From NCBI GenBank assembly GCA_963749085.1, contig CAVVLG010000003.1:219380-283379 (forward strand): 64,000 bases of DNA, read 5' to 3'. Source of the stretch: Candidatus Adlerbacteria bacterium. GTDB taxonomy: Bacteria > Patescibacteriota > Minisyncoccia > Phycocordibacterales > SBAW01. The position numbers were made by a program, and so were the translations under genes. The notes below the pieces were generated by a model. The model did not search any database. It saw only the letters and a list, made by a program, of their open reading frames with translations, and had not been told where the DNA came from. Below are positions 31,044 to 39,222 of the stretch, piece after piece (within the stretch, counting starts at the first letter, position 1; each line of letters starts with the position of its first letter).

Positions 31044-31978
31044 AAAAACTGCTTTTAAATGCGGGGTTGTTCTCTCTTTTGTTTTCCATAGGTATGCTCG
31101 TTCCCGTCGTGCATGCACAGGTCGGCGGTATACCTGAATATACAGGTAGCCCTCCCTCGACATCGGCGCCAAATTATAATTGTCCTTCCGGTCAGACCTA
31201 TTCATCAACTGGTAGTAATGGGTCAGGTGGGTGTGTTGCCTTACCTACGACAGCAAACCCAGCTGGCACACCAACTAACGGTTCTAATCTCACTTATACC
31301 CCCCTTGAACCGATACCAGGTGCAACCACAAATGCAAACGGAACCGCGCTTAGTTTTCCGGCGCTGATAAATAGTATGTTTACCGTTCTCTTTACTGTAG
31401 GAGCACTGTTTGCGGTGCTTATGCTCACAATAAGTGGCATACGGTATATGCTCTCGGATGTCGTCATTAATAAAGAGAGAGCAATAAAACGTATTACAGC
31501 CTGTATCTACGGCCTACTCCTCTTAGCTGGCACGTGGCTCATACTGAACACCATAAACCCACAGCTACTTAATTTTACACTCATTCCGTGTCCACAGGGA
31601 AGTACCGGATGTACGATCACGGGTGCACCACCGACAAATACAACGCCTCCACCAAATCCTTATTCTTCTATTTCATTTCAACAGGCGGTACAAAACGAGC
31701 AGACGGTTCAAAACGCAATTACAGATAATACCGACGCGCAAAATGCACAGACATACGACCAATCTAACTGTGCTTCTATCGCCCAGCAACAAACTGCGCT
31801 CGTCCAAACGGCAAGTGCTCCCCCAGCGGGGGGTGGTCAGGGCTGTGTCATTAACGTAAGTGGGATGTTCGGGAGTGTAGGCAACACCCAATGCCTCTCT
31901 TATAGAGTACAGTATCAATCATTTTGCGACCAACTCGCAGAATGCCAGTCGGATGGGAACGGTACTTATAATTGTTGA
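31040..31978 (+). CDS. T4SS pilin-like (VirB2/TrbC-type) protein with Cys-rich extension
   Basis: YTPLEPIPG, GALFAVLMLTISGIRYM..AIKRITACIYGLLLLAGTWLILNTINPQLL. Confidence 0.7.
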   Translation: MKKLLLNAGLFSLLFSIGMLVPVVHAQVGGIPEYTGSPPSTSAPNYNCPSGQTYSSTGSNGSGGCVALPTTANPAGTPTNGSNLTYTPLEPIPGATTNANGTALSFPALINSMFTVLFTVGALFAVLMLTISGIRYMLSDVVINKERAIKRITACIYGLLLLAGTWLILNTINPQLLNFTLIPCPQGSTGCTITGAPPTNTTPPPNPYSSISFQQAVQNEQTVQNAITDNTDAQNAQTYDQSNCASIAQQQTALVQTASAPPAGGGQGCVINVSGMFGSVGNTQCLSYRVQYQSFCDQLAECQSDGNGTYNC

Positions 31979-31987
31979 TTTAATAAA

Positions 31988-33226
31988 ATGAAAAACACTT
32001 TTACACTACTATTTAGTGCCGTAATAATTTTACTTTTGATATTCCTTGCAATTTGGTTTTTCTTTTTCCGACCATCTGCGCCGGGGCAAACTACACCTAC
32101 CTCTTCTTTCGGCACAGCAGCAAATAATTCAACGACGGTTACGAGCAACACCTCTTCAAACTCAACCCAGTCGACCAATGTGCCGTTAACGCAATCTGCC
32201 GCACAAAAGATATTTGAAATTGCGACAGGTCCAGTGGTCGGCGCAACGCTGATACAGACGCTCGACCCTACGACCACCCTCGCGCGATACATAGATGCAG
32301 ATGATGGTCATGTGTATGACTTGCCGCTCGATGTTCCCGGTGCCATACCGCAGGTCGTCTCCGATACGACCATCCCTGGCGGTGTGGACGCTATCTGGGT
32401 AGACGACGGCAATGCGGTAGTCATGCAGTACCTCGATACTAGCGATGCGGTAAAAACGCTATATATGAACTTCCAAGTTACAACCTCGAGTTCTTCTTCA
32501 CTTGAGGCGACCAAAATACTATTTTTGCCAAACAATATCATCGGCATCGCTGCCTCTCCTGACGGCAAGGACGTCGTATATCTGCTCCAAACCGCAAGCG
32601 GCTCTGACGGCTATACCGCAAAGGCAGACGGCACCGGTGCCAAAAAACTATTTTCTCTCCCACTCTCGCAGATGATTATTTCTTGGCCTTCGAAGGGTAC
32701 CCTCTTGGCGTATACCAAATCGGCTGCAGGCGTACCCGGTATTGTGTTTGCAATCGACGTTAAAAGTGGAAACGTGACGCCGCTTGTGTATGCCGACGGT
32801 ATCACTGCGACGGCTGACCCGACATTTGCGAATGTCATTTATCAGGTGGTATTAAGTGATGGGTCTGCGCCGATTACCTACATTCACAACGTTAGCACTG
32901 GACTTAATCAGGCTGCCGATTTCAATCCTGCCCCTGAAAGATGTATCTGGAGTGAAATTGTCACCTCATTTATGTACTGCGCTATTTCGACCGTAGATAC
33001 GCAATCAAATTTCCTCGACTTGTGGCATCAAGGCGAAACTGGCGGAGGGGATGCTATCTTTTCTTTTGACGTCTCTAAGAATACTGACAATCTCGTTGCA
33101 GCTCTTTCGAACAGTATGGGGTCAAGCGATATTTCAGAAATGGCACTCTCGCCCGATGAGCACTATCTCGACTTCGTGACCAAAGGCGACCGAACGCTGT
33201 GGGGTGTGCGCCTTACACAACCGTAG
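31988..33226 (+). CDS. Membrane-anchored beta-propeller (TolB/WD40-like) protein
   Basis: N-terminal TM; ASPDGKDVVY and LSPDEHYLDF blades. Confidence 0.65.
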   Translation: MKNTFTLLFSAVIILLLIFLAIWFFFFRPSAPGQTTPTSSFGTAANNSTTVTSNTSSNSTQSTNVPLTQSAAQKIFEIATGPVVGATLIQTLDPTTTLARYIDADDGHVYDLPLDVPGAIPQVVSDTTIPGGVDAIWVDDGNAVVMQYLDTSDAVKTLYMNFQVTTSSSSSLEATKILFLPNNIIGIAASPDGKDVVYLLQTASGSDGYTAKADGTGAKKLFSLPLSQMIISWPSKGTLLAYTKSAAGVPGIVFAIDVKSGNVTPLVYADGITATADPTFANVIYQVVLSDGSAPITYIHNVSTGLNQAADFNPAPERCIWSEIVTSFMYCAISTVDTQSNFLDLWHQGETGGGDAIFSFDVSKNTDNLVAALSNSMGSSDISEMALSPDEHYLDFVTKGDRTLWGVRLTQP

Positions 33227-33683
33227 TCCCTTGCGTCGAACGATACTTCAGTACGATGTGGCGAAATTTTCCTTCGCCTTCTGACACTGTCTTTATCTCC
33301 GGATCTTCAGCAAACAACTCATGCACTACTAACCGCTCGTAGGAAGAGAGCGGCTCCATCTCGACATCGTGCTTAAAAAGCCGTGCACGCTGCGCAAGCA
33401 TGCGAGCGGCCGAGCGTACGTGTTCAAGCTGATCTTCGTGGTAATTGTTAACGTCAATAAGGAAGTTCGCTACTTCCTCGCCGTGGTGGGTTTCTACGAG
33501 CCTGCGCGCGAGTGTATTGAGCGCGCGTAAATGCTCCCCATGAGGACCGATAAGGAGTTTGGAATCCTGCGAAGTAATCCGTACGACCGTGCGGTGACCA
33601 TTGTCTATCTCTACGGCCGCGTTCTCAACTCCCAACTGGGAGAGAAGGTCGGTGATATGTTGTTTGAGAAGCTCCGGGTTCAT
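33213..33683 (-). CDS. jag: Jag/KhpB family KH + R3H RNA-binding protein
   Basis: LLIGPHGEHLRAL, IDVNNY, SYERLVVHE; follows yidC. Confidence 0.88.
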   Translation of the reverse strand: MNPELLKQHITDLLSQLGVENAAVEIDNGHRTVVRITSQDSKLLIGPHGEHLRALNTLARRLVETHHGEEVANFLIDVNNYHEDQLEHVRSAARMLAQRARLFKHDVEMEPLSSYERLVVHELFAEDPEIKTVSEGEGKFRHIVLKYRSTQGTTVV

Positions 33684-33724
33684 GCGCACACAATACCCTA
33701 AGAGACTCCTCTATCGCAACTTGA

Positions 33725-34447
33725 CTACTTTTTTTTCCTGAGTTCGCGGCGTATGAGCCACTCCTGGCCCAAAGAAATAACGTTGCCGGTGGCAAAATAA
33801 AGGCCGGCCGCCGAAGGGAGGGTGAAGGAAATGACCGCAAAGAGGCCGGGCATGAAATACAGCATCATTTTTTGCTGCATCGCTTGCGCCTGCGCTTTTT
33901 CAGGCGAGAGTGACTTTGATTTCGGGGTGCGCATAAGCGAGAGATGGATAACCGCGTATTGGAGCAAGCCGACTACCAAGGCAAGAATGATATTGTGCGC
34001 GTTGGAAAGATTTAAAAATCCCAAGAACTGCAAATTAACGTTTACGGGATTCGAGACGAACGAATAGAGGAGCGTAGTGGCAACATGGGGAAGTCCTCCG
34101 TCTTCGCGAAAGAATGCGTAGTACAAGGCGATGAATATAGGTATCTGCACCAGAATGGCAACAAAACCGGCGAGTGGGCGGATATTGCGCTCCTTGAAAA
34201 GCGCCATGGTGTGTTTTGCCTTTTCGTCGGGGTTGTCTTTGTATTTTTTATTTATTTCATCGAGCTCACCTTGCGCCGCCGCCATGCCCATTTGGGTTCG
34301 TATGGACGCGCTGAAGGCCGGATAAAACAGAACGCGCATCACCACCGTCATGGCGATGATAGCGAGCCCCACGTCGCCGTGCGGCATGACGTCGATGAGG
34401 AAGATAAACGCGTTGTAGAGGGGTTGTATTAAGTAAGTTTGGAACAT
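33725..34447 (-). CDS. yidC: Membrane protein insertase YidC (short form)
   Basis: GLAIIAMTVVMRVLFYP, LVQIPIFIALY, LPSAAGLYF. Confidence 0.93.
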   Translation of the reverse strand: MFQTYLIQPLYNAFIFLIDVMPHGDVGLAIIAMTVVMRVLFYPAFSASIRTQMGMAAAQGELDEINKKYKDNPDEKAKHTMALFKERNIRPLAGFVAILVQIPIFIALYYAFFREDGGLPHVATTLLYSFVSNPVNVNLQFLGFLNLSNAHNIILALVVGLLQYAVIHLSLMRTPKSKSLSPEKAQAQAMQQKMMLYFMPGLFAVISFTLPSAAGLYFATGNVISLGQEWLIRRELRKKK

Positions 34448-34728
34448 AAGGTTTTAACTTCGCGTCGTATAGCTTCAAGGGATGCCGCTTTGCGGACAAA
34501 AAACACAACATGCGCGCGGGGAAGTTTCGTGAGCTCCCGGTAGACGCTGCGGCGCAATGCATTTCGTAAGATCGCCTTCTTAGCTGTCTTCTTTGATACC
34601 ACGACGGCTACTTTTCCAGTCGACGTCGCTATCCATTTTACCGCTAAAGGGCCGCTTGAGAGCGAACGGCCTTCTTTGAGAACACGGCGAACCTCAACGG
34701 CCCTTAAACGACGCGAAGCGGGAAGCAT
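34429..34728 (-). CDS. rnpA: Ribonuclease P protein component
   Basis: MLPASRRL, AVVVSKK..KKAILRNALRR; conserved position. Confidence 0.88.
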   Translation of the reverse strand: MLPASRRLRAVEVRRVLKEGRSLSSGPLAVKWIATSTGKVAVVVSKKTAKKAILRNALRRSVYRELTKLPRAHVVFFVRKAASLEAIRREVKTLCSKLT

Positions 34729-34732
34729 GGCG

Positions 34733-34867
34733 CTACACCGAGAGCCTCGCACGCCCCTTGCGGGCGCGCCGCTTCAATGTCGCGCGGCCTCCGGCGGTTT
34801 TTGTGCGCTTCAAATACCCGTGCGAGCGAGCGCGTTTGCGCTTTTTGGGTTGATAAGTTTGCGACAT
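34733..34867 (-). CDS. rpmH: 50S ribosomal protein L34 (not in ORF track)
   Basis: Manual translation [44 protein letters not shown]. Confidence 0.96.
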   Translation of the reverse strand: MSQTYQPKKRKRARSHGYLKRTKTAGGRATLKRRARKGRARLSV

Positions 34868-34910
34868 GACTAGAACCATATCACACCATATAGCCTATAT
34901 ACAACTTCCC

Positions 34911-35171
34911 CTACCCGTATAGTTCGGAGTGAGTTCCAATTTTTATAAAAAGCACGATGTCCTGTCTTATTGGTTCATAGATAGCCCGAAAATTCCCGGT
35001 TATATTGATGCTTCGATAACCTGCATACGCTCCATGCAGTGCATGGTTATCAAGAAGCGGATGAAACGGATTTTTGAGAAATAAATCTCGGCGTTCTTGG
35101 AATTGTTCTTTAATCTTCTTTGGCAACTTGTCAAATCGCTTTACAAAACGATCGTCAAGAATTATTTTCAT
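34911..35171 (-). CDS. RelE/YafQ-family type II toxin
   Basis: NHALHGAYAGYRSINITGNFRAIY, KIGTHSELYG. Confidence 0.88.
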   Translation of the reverse strand: MKIILDDRFVKRFDKLPKKIKEQFQERRDLFLKNPFHPLLDNHALHGAYAGYRSINITGNFRAIYEPIRQDIVLFIKIGTHSELYG

Positions 35172-35449
35172 GCACGCCGATTAAGCCACGCGTCCATCTC
35201 TTTACCGGAAGAAAATGCTGGAGAAACGTTTTTTCCTTTCCGGAAATCTGCGCTCGCTTTGCGGAGTTCCCGTCCGGTCTTGGCATTAGGTATTTCTCTG
35301 CGCACGATGCCGATACCATACTCTCCTTCCGCAAACTTTTCCGTCGCCATTTTGAGAAAGGAAGCAAAAGGGACGCCTTCCCGCTTGGCTCGCTTCATCG
35401 CTTTAGCCTTAATCTTCGGATCGATGTTAAATACAATTTGGGTGGTCAT
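35168..35449 (-). CDS. RelB/DinJ-like antitoxin
   Basis: RHH-like N-terminus, EIPNAKT, SPAFSS; 4-bp overlap with toxin. Confidence 0.78.
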   Translation of the reverse strand: MTTQIVFNIDPKIKAKAMKRAKREGVPFASFLKMATEKFAEGEYGIGIVRREIPNAKTGRELRKASADFRKGKNVSPAFSSGKEMDAWLNRRA

Positions 35450-35539
35450 ATATATAGCTTATACATAGCTCAGATATATGTCAACTTCCACCGCAGCCTG
35501 GGCAAGCCCCCCTGTACTGTGTGCAAGGTGTCCCGCTGT

Positions 35540-35779
35540 CTATAAATTTTTATAGGTACCCTCGTTGCGTAGCCCTATGTGATCAATGATAAGCACCTGG
35601 TGCTCGTAATGAAAGACTATTCTGAGACGACCCTTCCGAACGCGGAATTTTTCATGGCCAGAAAGCCTGACAACATTGAGACTGTGAAAGTTTCTCGTCA
35701 GCAATCTCTCAACCATTTCTTCCAACTGGGCGCGCTGTTTCTTATTTAACTTTCGAAGAAGTTTTTCGTGCTCGTTCAT
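35540..35779 (-). CDS. RelE/ParE-family type II toxin
   Basis: VRLSGHEKFRVRKGRLRIVF, IGLRNEGTYKNL. Confidence 0.8.
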   Translation of the reverse strand: MNEHEKLLRKLNKKQRAQLEEMVERLLTRNFHSLNVVRLSGHEKFRVRKGRLRIVFHYEHQVLIIDHIGLRNEGTYKNL

Positions 35780-36032
35780 GCGTTTTTATTCTGCGGAGTA
35801 TGCGCAGCACCTCGCCACCCGCAATGCCCTTGCCTTTATTATCGCGGTCAGCATCAAAAATAGTGCCCCACTCTACTTCGCTTTCCCCAGCGTCCACCGG
35901 AGCCATGCGAAATACCGGTTTCGAGCGCCGCAATACCGTAAATGAAGAACCGCGCTCGACGTCCTTTATGTATTTGTCGAGATTAACGCGTAACTCCTTA
36001 AGTCCAACGAGATTATGTTTAGCCATATCCAT
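35742..36032 (-). CDS. Phd/YefM-family antitoxin
   Basis: VGLKELRVNLDKYIKDVERGSSFTVLRRSKPVFRMAP. Confidence 0.82.
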   Translation of the reverse strand: MDMAKHNLVGLKELRVNLDKYIKDVERGSSFTVLRRSKPVFRMAPVDAGESEVEWGTIFDADRDNKGKGIAGGEVLRILRRIKTHERARKTSSKVK

Positions 36033-36082
36033 AAGTTTATCCTCAGATGAACTTTGAGTCAAATCGTCCTGTCAAATGTGGT

Positions 36083-36113
36083 TTATACACACGTTCTCCA
36101 CACCTTATGCACA
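36083..36113 (+). promoter_or_regulatory. Three tandem DnaA boxes upstream of dnaA
   Basis: TTATACACA 36083, TTCTCCACA 36094, TTATGCACA 36105 (11-bp period). Confidence 0.75.
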
Positions 36114-36169
36114 AAACTGCAAATTTTGACTCGGGGAGAAGAGACGGGTATCCTTGGTTACGACTCGCC

Positions 36170-37513
36170 ATGACAACTACGAAGGAACTCTGGGAAAATG
36201 CACTGGTTGAGCTCGAGCTCACCATATCAAAACCGAATTTCAACACGTGGTTTAAAGATACACACATCGTGAGAGTGGAGGACGGCGCGGTCCACCTCGG
36301 CGTCCCCTCGCAATTCGCCCGCGACTGGCTCTCCACCAAGTTCCACAAGGATATTCTTCGCTCCCTGCGCGGGCTCTCCGAGAACGTGCGGGTGGTTGAG
36401 TACGTTATTTCCCGCAGCGCCAAGAAAACGAGCGAGGAAGTGGCGCTCTCAGTCCCGGCCGCCGCTCAAGAACTTCCCCTTGAGGCGGTACATCCAAAGA
36501 CCAATCTTAATCCGCGCTTCACGCTTGGCTCTTTCGTTGTGGGACCCTTCAATGAACTCGCCCATGCGGCAGCGCAGGCAGTCATACGCAAGCCCGGCAT
36601 CGCTTACAACCCGCTCTTGGTGTACGGGCCCACCGGTTTGGGCAAGACGCACCTCATACAGGCGGTGGGAAATCATTTCCGCATGAGCGCGCCGGAGCGA
36701 AAGGTCTACTACACCACCTCGGAGAAGTTCTCCATGGACTATGTGTCATCGCTTCAGAGCAACAAAACACAAAGCTTCAAGGAAAAATACCGGCAGTACG
36801 ACCTTCTCATCATGGACGACATTCAATTTCTGGCCGGCCGAGACAAAATAAAGGAGGAATTCTTCCATTTGTTCAACTTTTTGCACGACAACAACAAACA
36901 ATTGGTCTTCTCCTCCGACCAGCACCCCAACGTCATCCAAAACCTCGAGGATAGGCTCAAATCGCGCTTTGCAGCGGGCATGGTGGTCTCGGTGACACCG
37001 CCCGATCATCAATCGCGTTTGGCCATTGTGCGTTCAAAAGCGGCCGCTCACGGCGTCATGATGCCAGATGAGGTGCTCGAATACCTGGCTGCCACGGTTG
37101 AGGGCAACGTACGGGAGCTTGAAGGCGCTCTAAACACGCTTCTCATACAGTTTGAGATGCGCGGCAATCCCTTGACGTTGAGCGACGCCAAAACGCTCCT
37201 GCGCGGCGCGGGGGCTGCCACAAAAAAGGCGGTGTCGGTGCAGGAAGTGGTCAAGACTATTGCCAGTTTTTACGGAGTGGAGGAGACGAGTATTTATGAG
37301 AAGACGCGGCGCAAGGAAGTGGTGCGCCCGCGCCAGGTGATTATGTATTTATTGCGCGAGGATTTTCGCATTTCCTTCCCCACCATAGGGGAGAAACTCG
37401 GTGGACGCGATCACACCACCGTCATTCATTCCTGCGAGAAAATACGCAATGACATTCTTGGGGATAGTGTGCTTTCTCAGGAGGTACATCAGATTCGTCT
37501 GATGTTGAAATGA
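36170..37513 (+). CDS. dnaA: Chromosomal replication initiator DnaA
   Basis: YNPLLVYGPTGLGKTHL, MDDIQFL, GGRDHTTVIHS. Confidence 0.98.
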   Translation: MTTTKELWENALVELELTISKPNFNTWFKDTHIVRVEDGAVHLGVPSQFARDWLSTKFHKDILRSLRGLSENVRVVEYVISRSAKKTSEEVALSVPAAAQELPLEAVHPKTNLNPRFTLGSFVVGPFNELAHAAAQAVIRKPGIAYNPLLVYGPTGLGKTHLIQAVGNHFRMSAPERKVYYTTSEKFSMDYVSSLQSNKTQSFKEKYRQYDLLIMDDIQFLAGRDKIKEEFFHLFNFLHDNNKQLVFSSDQHPNVIQNLEDRLKSRFAAGMVVSVTPPDHQSRLAIVRSKAAAHGVMMPDEVLEYLAATVEGNVRELEGALNTLLIQFEMRGNPLTLSDAKTLLRGAGAATKKAVSVQEVVKTIASFYGVEETSIYEKTRRKEVVRPRQVIMYLLREDFRISFPTIGEKLGGRDHTTVIHSCEKIRNDILGDSVLSQEVHQIRLMLK

Positions 37514-37712
37514 TGGGGAGAAGTGGTAGAAATACGCGGGGATAATTGGGGATAAGAAAAGAGAAACATTCTCTGATGAAGACTTTATGAAACTTACCAC
37601 CACCTTATCAAAAAACGGAGTGTATAAAAAAGCCTTTAATAATAATGGTTTTATCGACTTCTCCCCCTATCCACAGAGCTAATAGTAATAGTAGTTTTTA
37701 TATAGATACTTT
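37514..37712. other. oriC (dnaA-dnaN intergenic)
   Basis: GGGGATAA/GGGGAGAA box variants, CTATCCACA 37667-37675 followed by CTA ATA GTA ATA GTA (DnaA-trio-like) and AT-rich tract. Confidence 0.8.
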
Positions 37713-38810
37713 ATGAAATTTGAATGTACAGCTGAACAGTTATTGGGAGCAGTGGGGACAGCGGTGCGTTTTGTCGAACGACGGCCTAATTTGCCCGTGC
37801 TTCATAGTATTCTCCTTACCGCTGAGGGTGGAAGAGTTACTTTGCGGGCAACGAATCTTGAGTGTGGGGTTGAAATTATGATGCCGGCGAAAATTTCAAG
37901 TGAGGGGAGTGTGGCAGTCCCCGGTGCCGTTCTCTACGGATTTTTATCGAACAACAAAGGGAAAGGTATGTCTATTTCGGTGGTGAATGATTTGTTTAAA
38001 ATTGACGCCGAGCGCGCGTCTGCGTCAATAAAAACGGTGCCGGCGGATGATTTTCCTATTTTACCGAAAGTATCTGCTGAAAAATCATTCACTATCAAAT
38101 CGAACGACCTTATTCGTGCTATTCGGAGCGTTGCATATTGCGCATCGGTGTCGGCAATAAAACCGGAGCTTCAGAGCGTATTACTTTTTGGGGAGGCGGG
38201 GAAAGTAACTGCCGTTGCAACGGATTCATTCCGTTTGGCGGAGAAATCGGCACCACTGCGTGGGGGAGGAAGTGTGCCGCATCTGCTGGTACCCGCACGC
38301 AACGCCGCCGAGCTTATACGTATTCTCGAAGGAAATTCCGGTGACGTTGAGTTGTATTACAACGATCACCAACTCTCGACCCACATCGGCGATGTCTACT
38401 ACACCTCTCGCCTTATTGACGGCGCGTTCCCGAATTATCGCCAGATTCTTCCTAAAAAATTCTCAACTGAAGTTGTAGTATTGCGTGAAGATCTCGCAGG
38501 AGCACTTAAAGCACTTTCAGTTTTCGCTGATAAATTTGCGCAAGTTTCTTTTAGCGTTGAGCCCGCTAAAAAAGCAATTTTACTTTCATCACGTAATCCT
38601 GATGTGGGCGAACAAGTCTCAACCGTCCGCGCGACTATCCAAGGCGATGCGGTCGCGATGAATTTTAATGGTCGCTATCTTGCCGACAGCTTGCAGGCAA
38701 TCTCAGGTGAATCAGTGCGTGTTCAATCCAACGGTCCAGGTAAACCACTTCTCATCAAAGACGCGGCGGACGAATCGTTCTTCTATCTAGCAATGCCGAT
38801 GAATCGGTAG
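37713..38810 (+). CDS. dnaN: DNA polymerase III beta clamp
   Basis: ATNLE, VATDSFRLA, SRLIDGAFPNYRQI, LAMPM. Confidence 0.97.
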   Translation: MKFECTAEQLLGAVGTAVRFVERRPNLPVLHSILLTAEGGRVTLRATNLECGVEIMMPAKISSEGSVAVPGAVLYGFLSNNKGKGMSISVVNDLFKIDAERASASIKTVPADDFPILPKVSAEKSFTIKSNDLIRAIRSVAYCASVSAIKPELQSVLLFGEAGKVTAVATDSFRLAEKSAPLRGGGSVPHLLVPARNAAELIRILEGNSGDVELYYNDHQLSTHIGDVYYTSRLIDGAFPNYRQILPKKFSTEVVVLREDLAGALKALSVFADKFAQVSFSVEPAKKAILLSSRNPDVGEQVSTVRATIQGDAVAMNFNGRYLADSLQAISGESVRVQSNGPGKPLLIKDAADESFFYLAMPMNR

Positions 38811-38895
38811 GGTTCGATTTCTACCCTTCCAGATCGACACGTTTATAAAAATACTGTAAATTTTCAATAGAGTCGTTTTCTTGATGGAGGATATA

Positions 38896-39132
38896 ATGCG
38901 CGCTGTTGTATTCCAGGAGCATATACCGCTCGCTCTAAGGGGTGGGGGTATTTGGTGGGTCGGTCAGTGCATAGAACGCGATATTGCTGTGCAGGCAAAG
39001 ACTCTCCCCGGTATTAAAAAAGAATTCAAAAGAATCTTTGGTATCTATAGGTCGATCCGTTATCGACTGCATAGGCACCCCAAACCGCCAGTATACGCAG
39101 TACGAAGACCGGGACGGATCATCCATATCTAG
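38896..39132 (+). CDS. HicB-like small protein, possibly decayed
   Basis: GGAGG RBS; WWVGQCIERDIAVQAKTL resembles HicB N-terminal fold. Confidence 0.4.
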   Translation: MRAVVFQEHIPLALRGGGIWWVGQCIERDIAVQAKTLPGIKKEFKRIFGIYRSIRYRLHRHPKPPVYAVRRPGRIIHI

Positions 39133-39222
39133 CCGCATCGAGATTTTAAGGCGTTCGTCATCCAACGATCGCCTTTTCTTTTGTTACACTGGTTCGAATC
39201 TCGTTCCACACTCCCAGCATTT

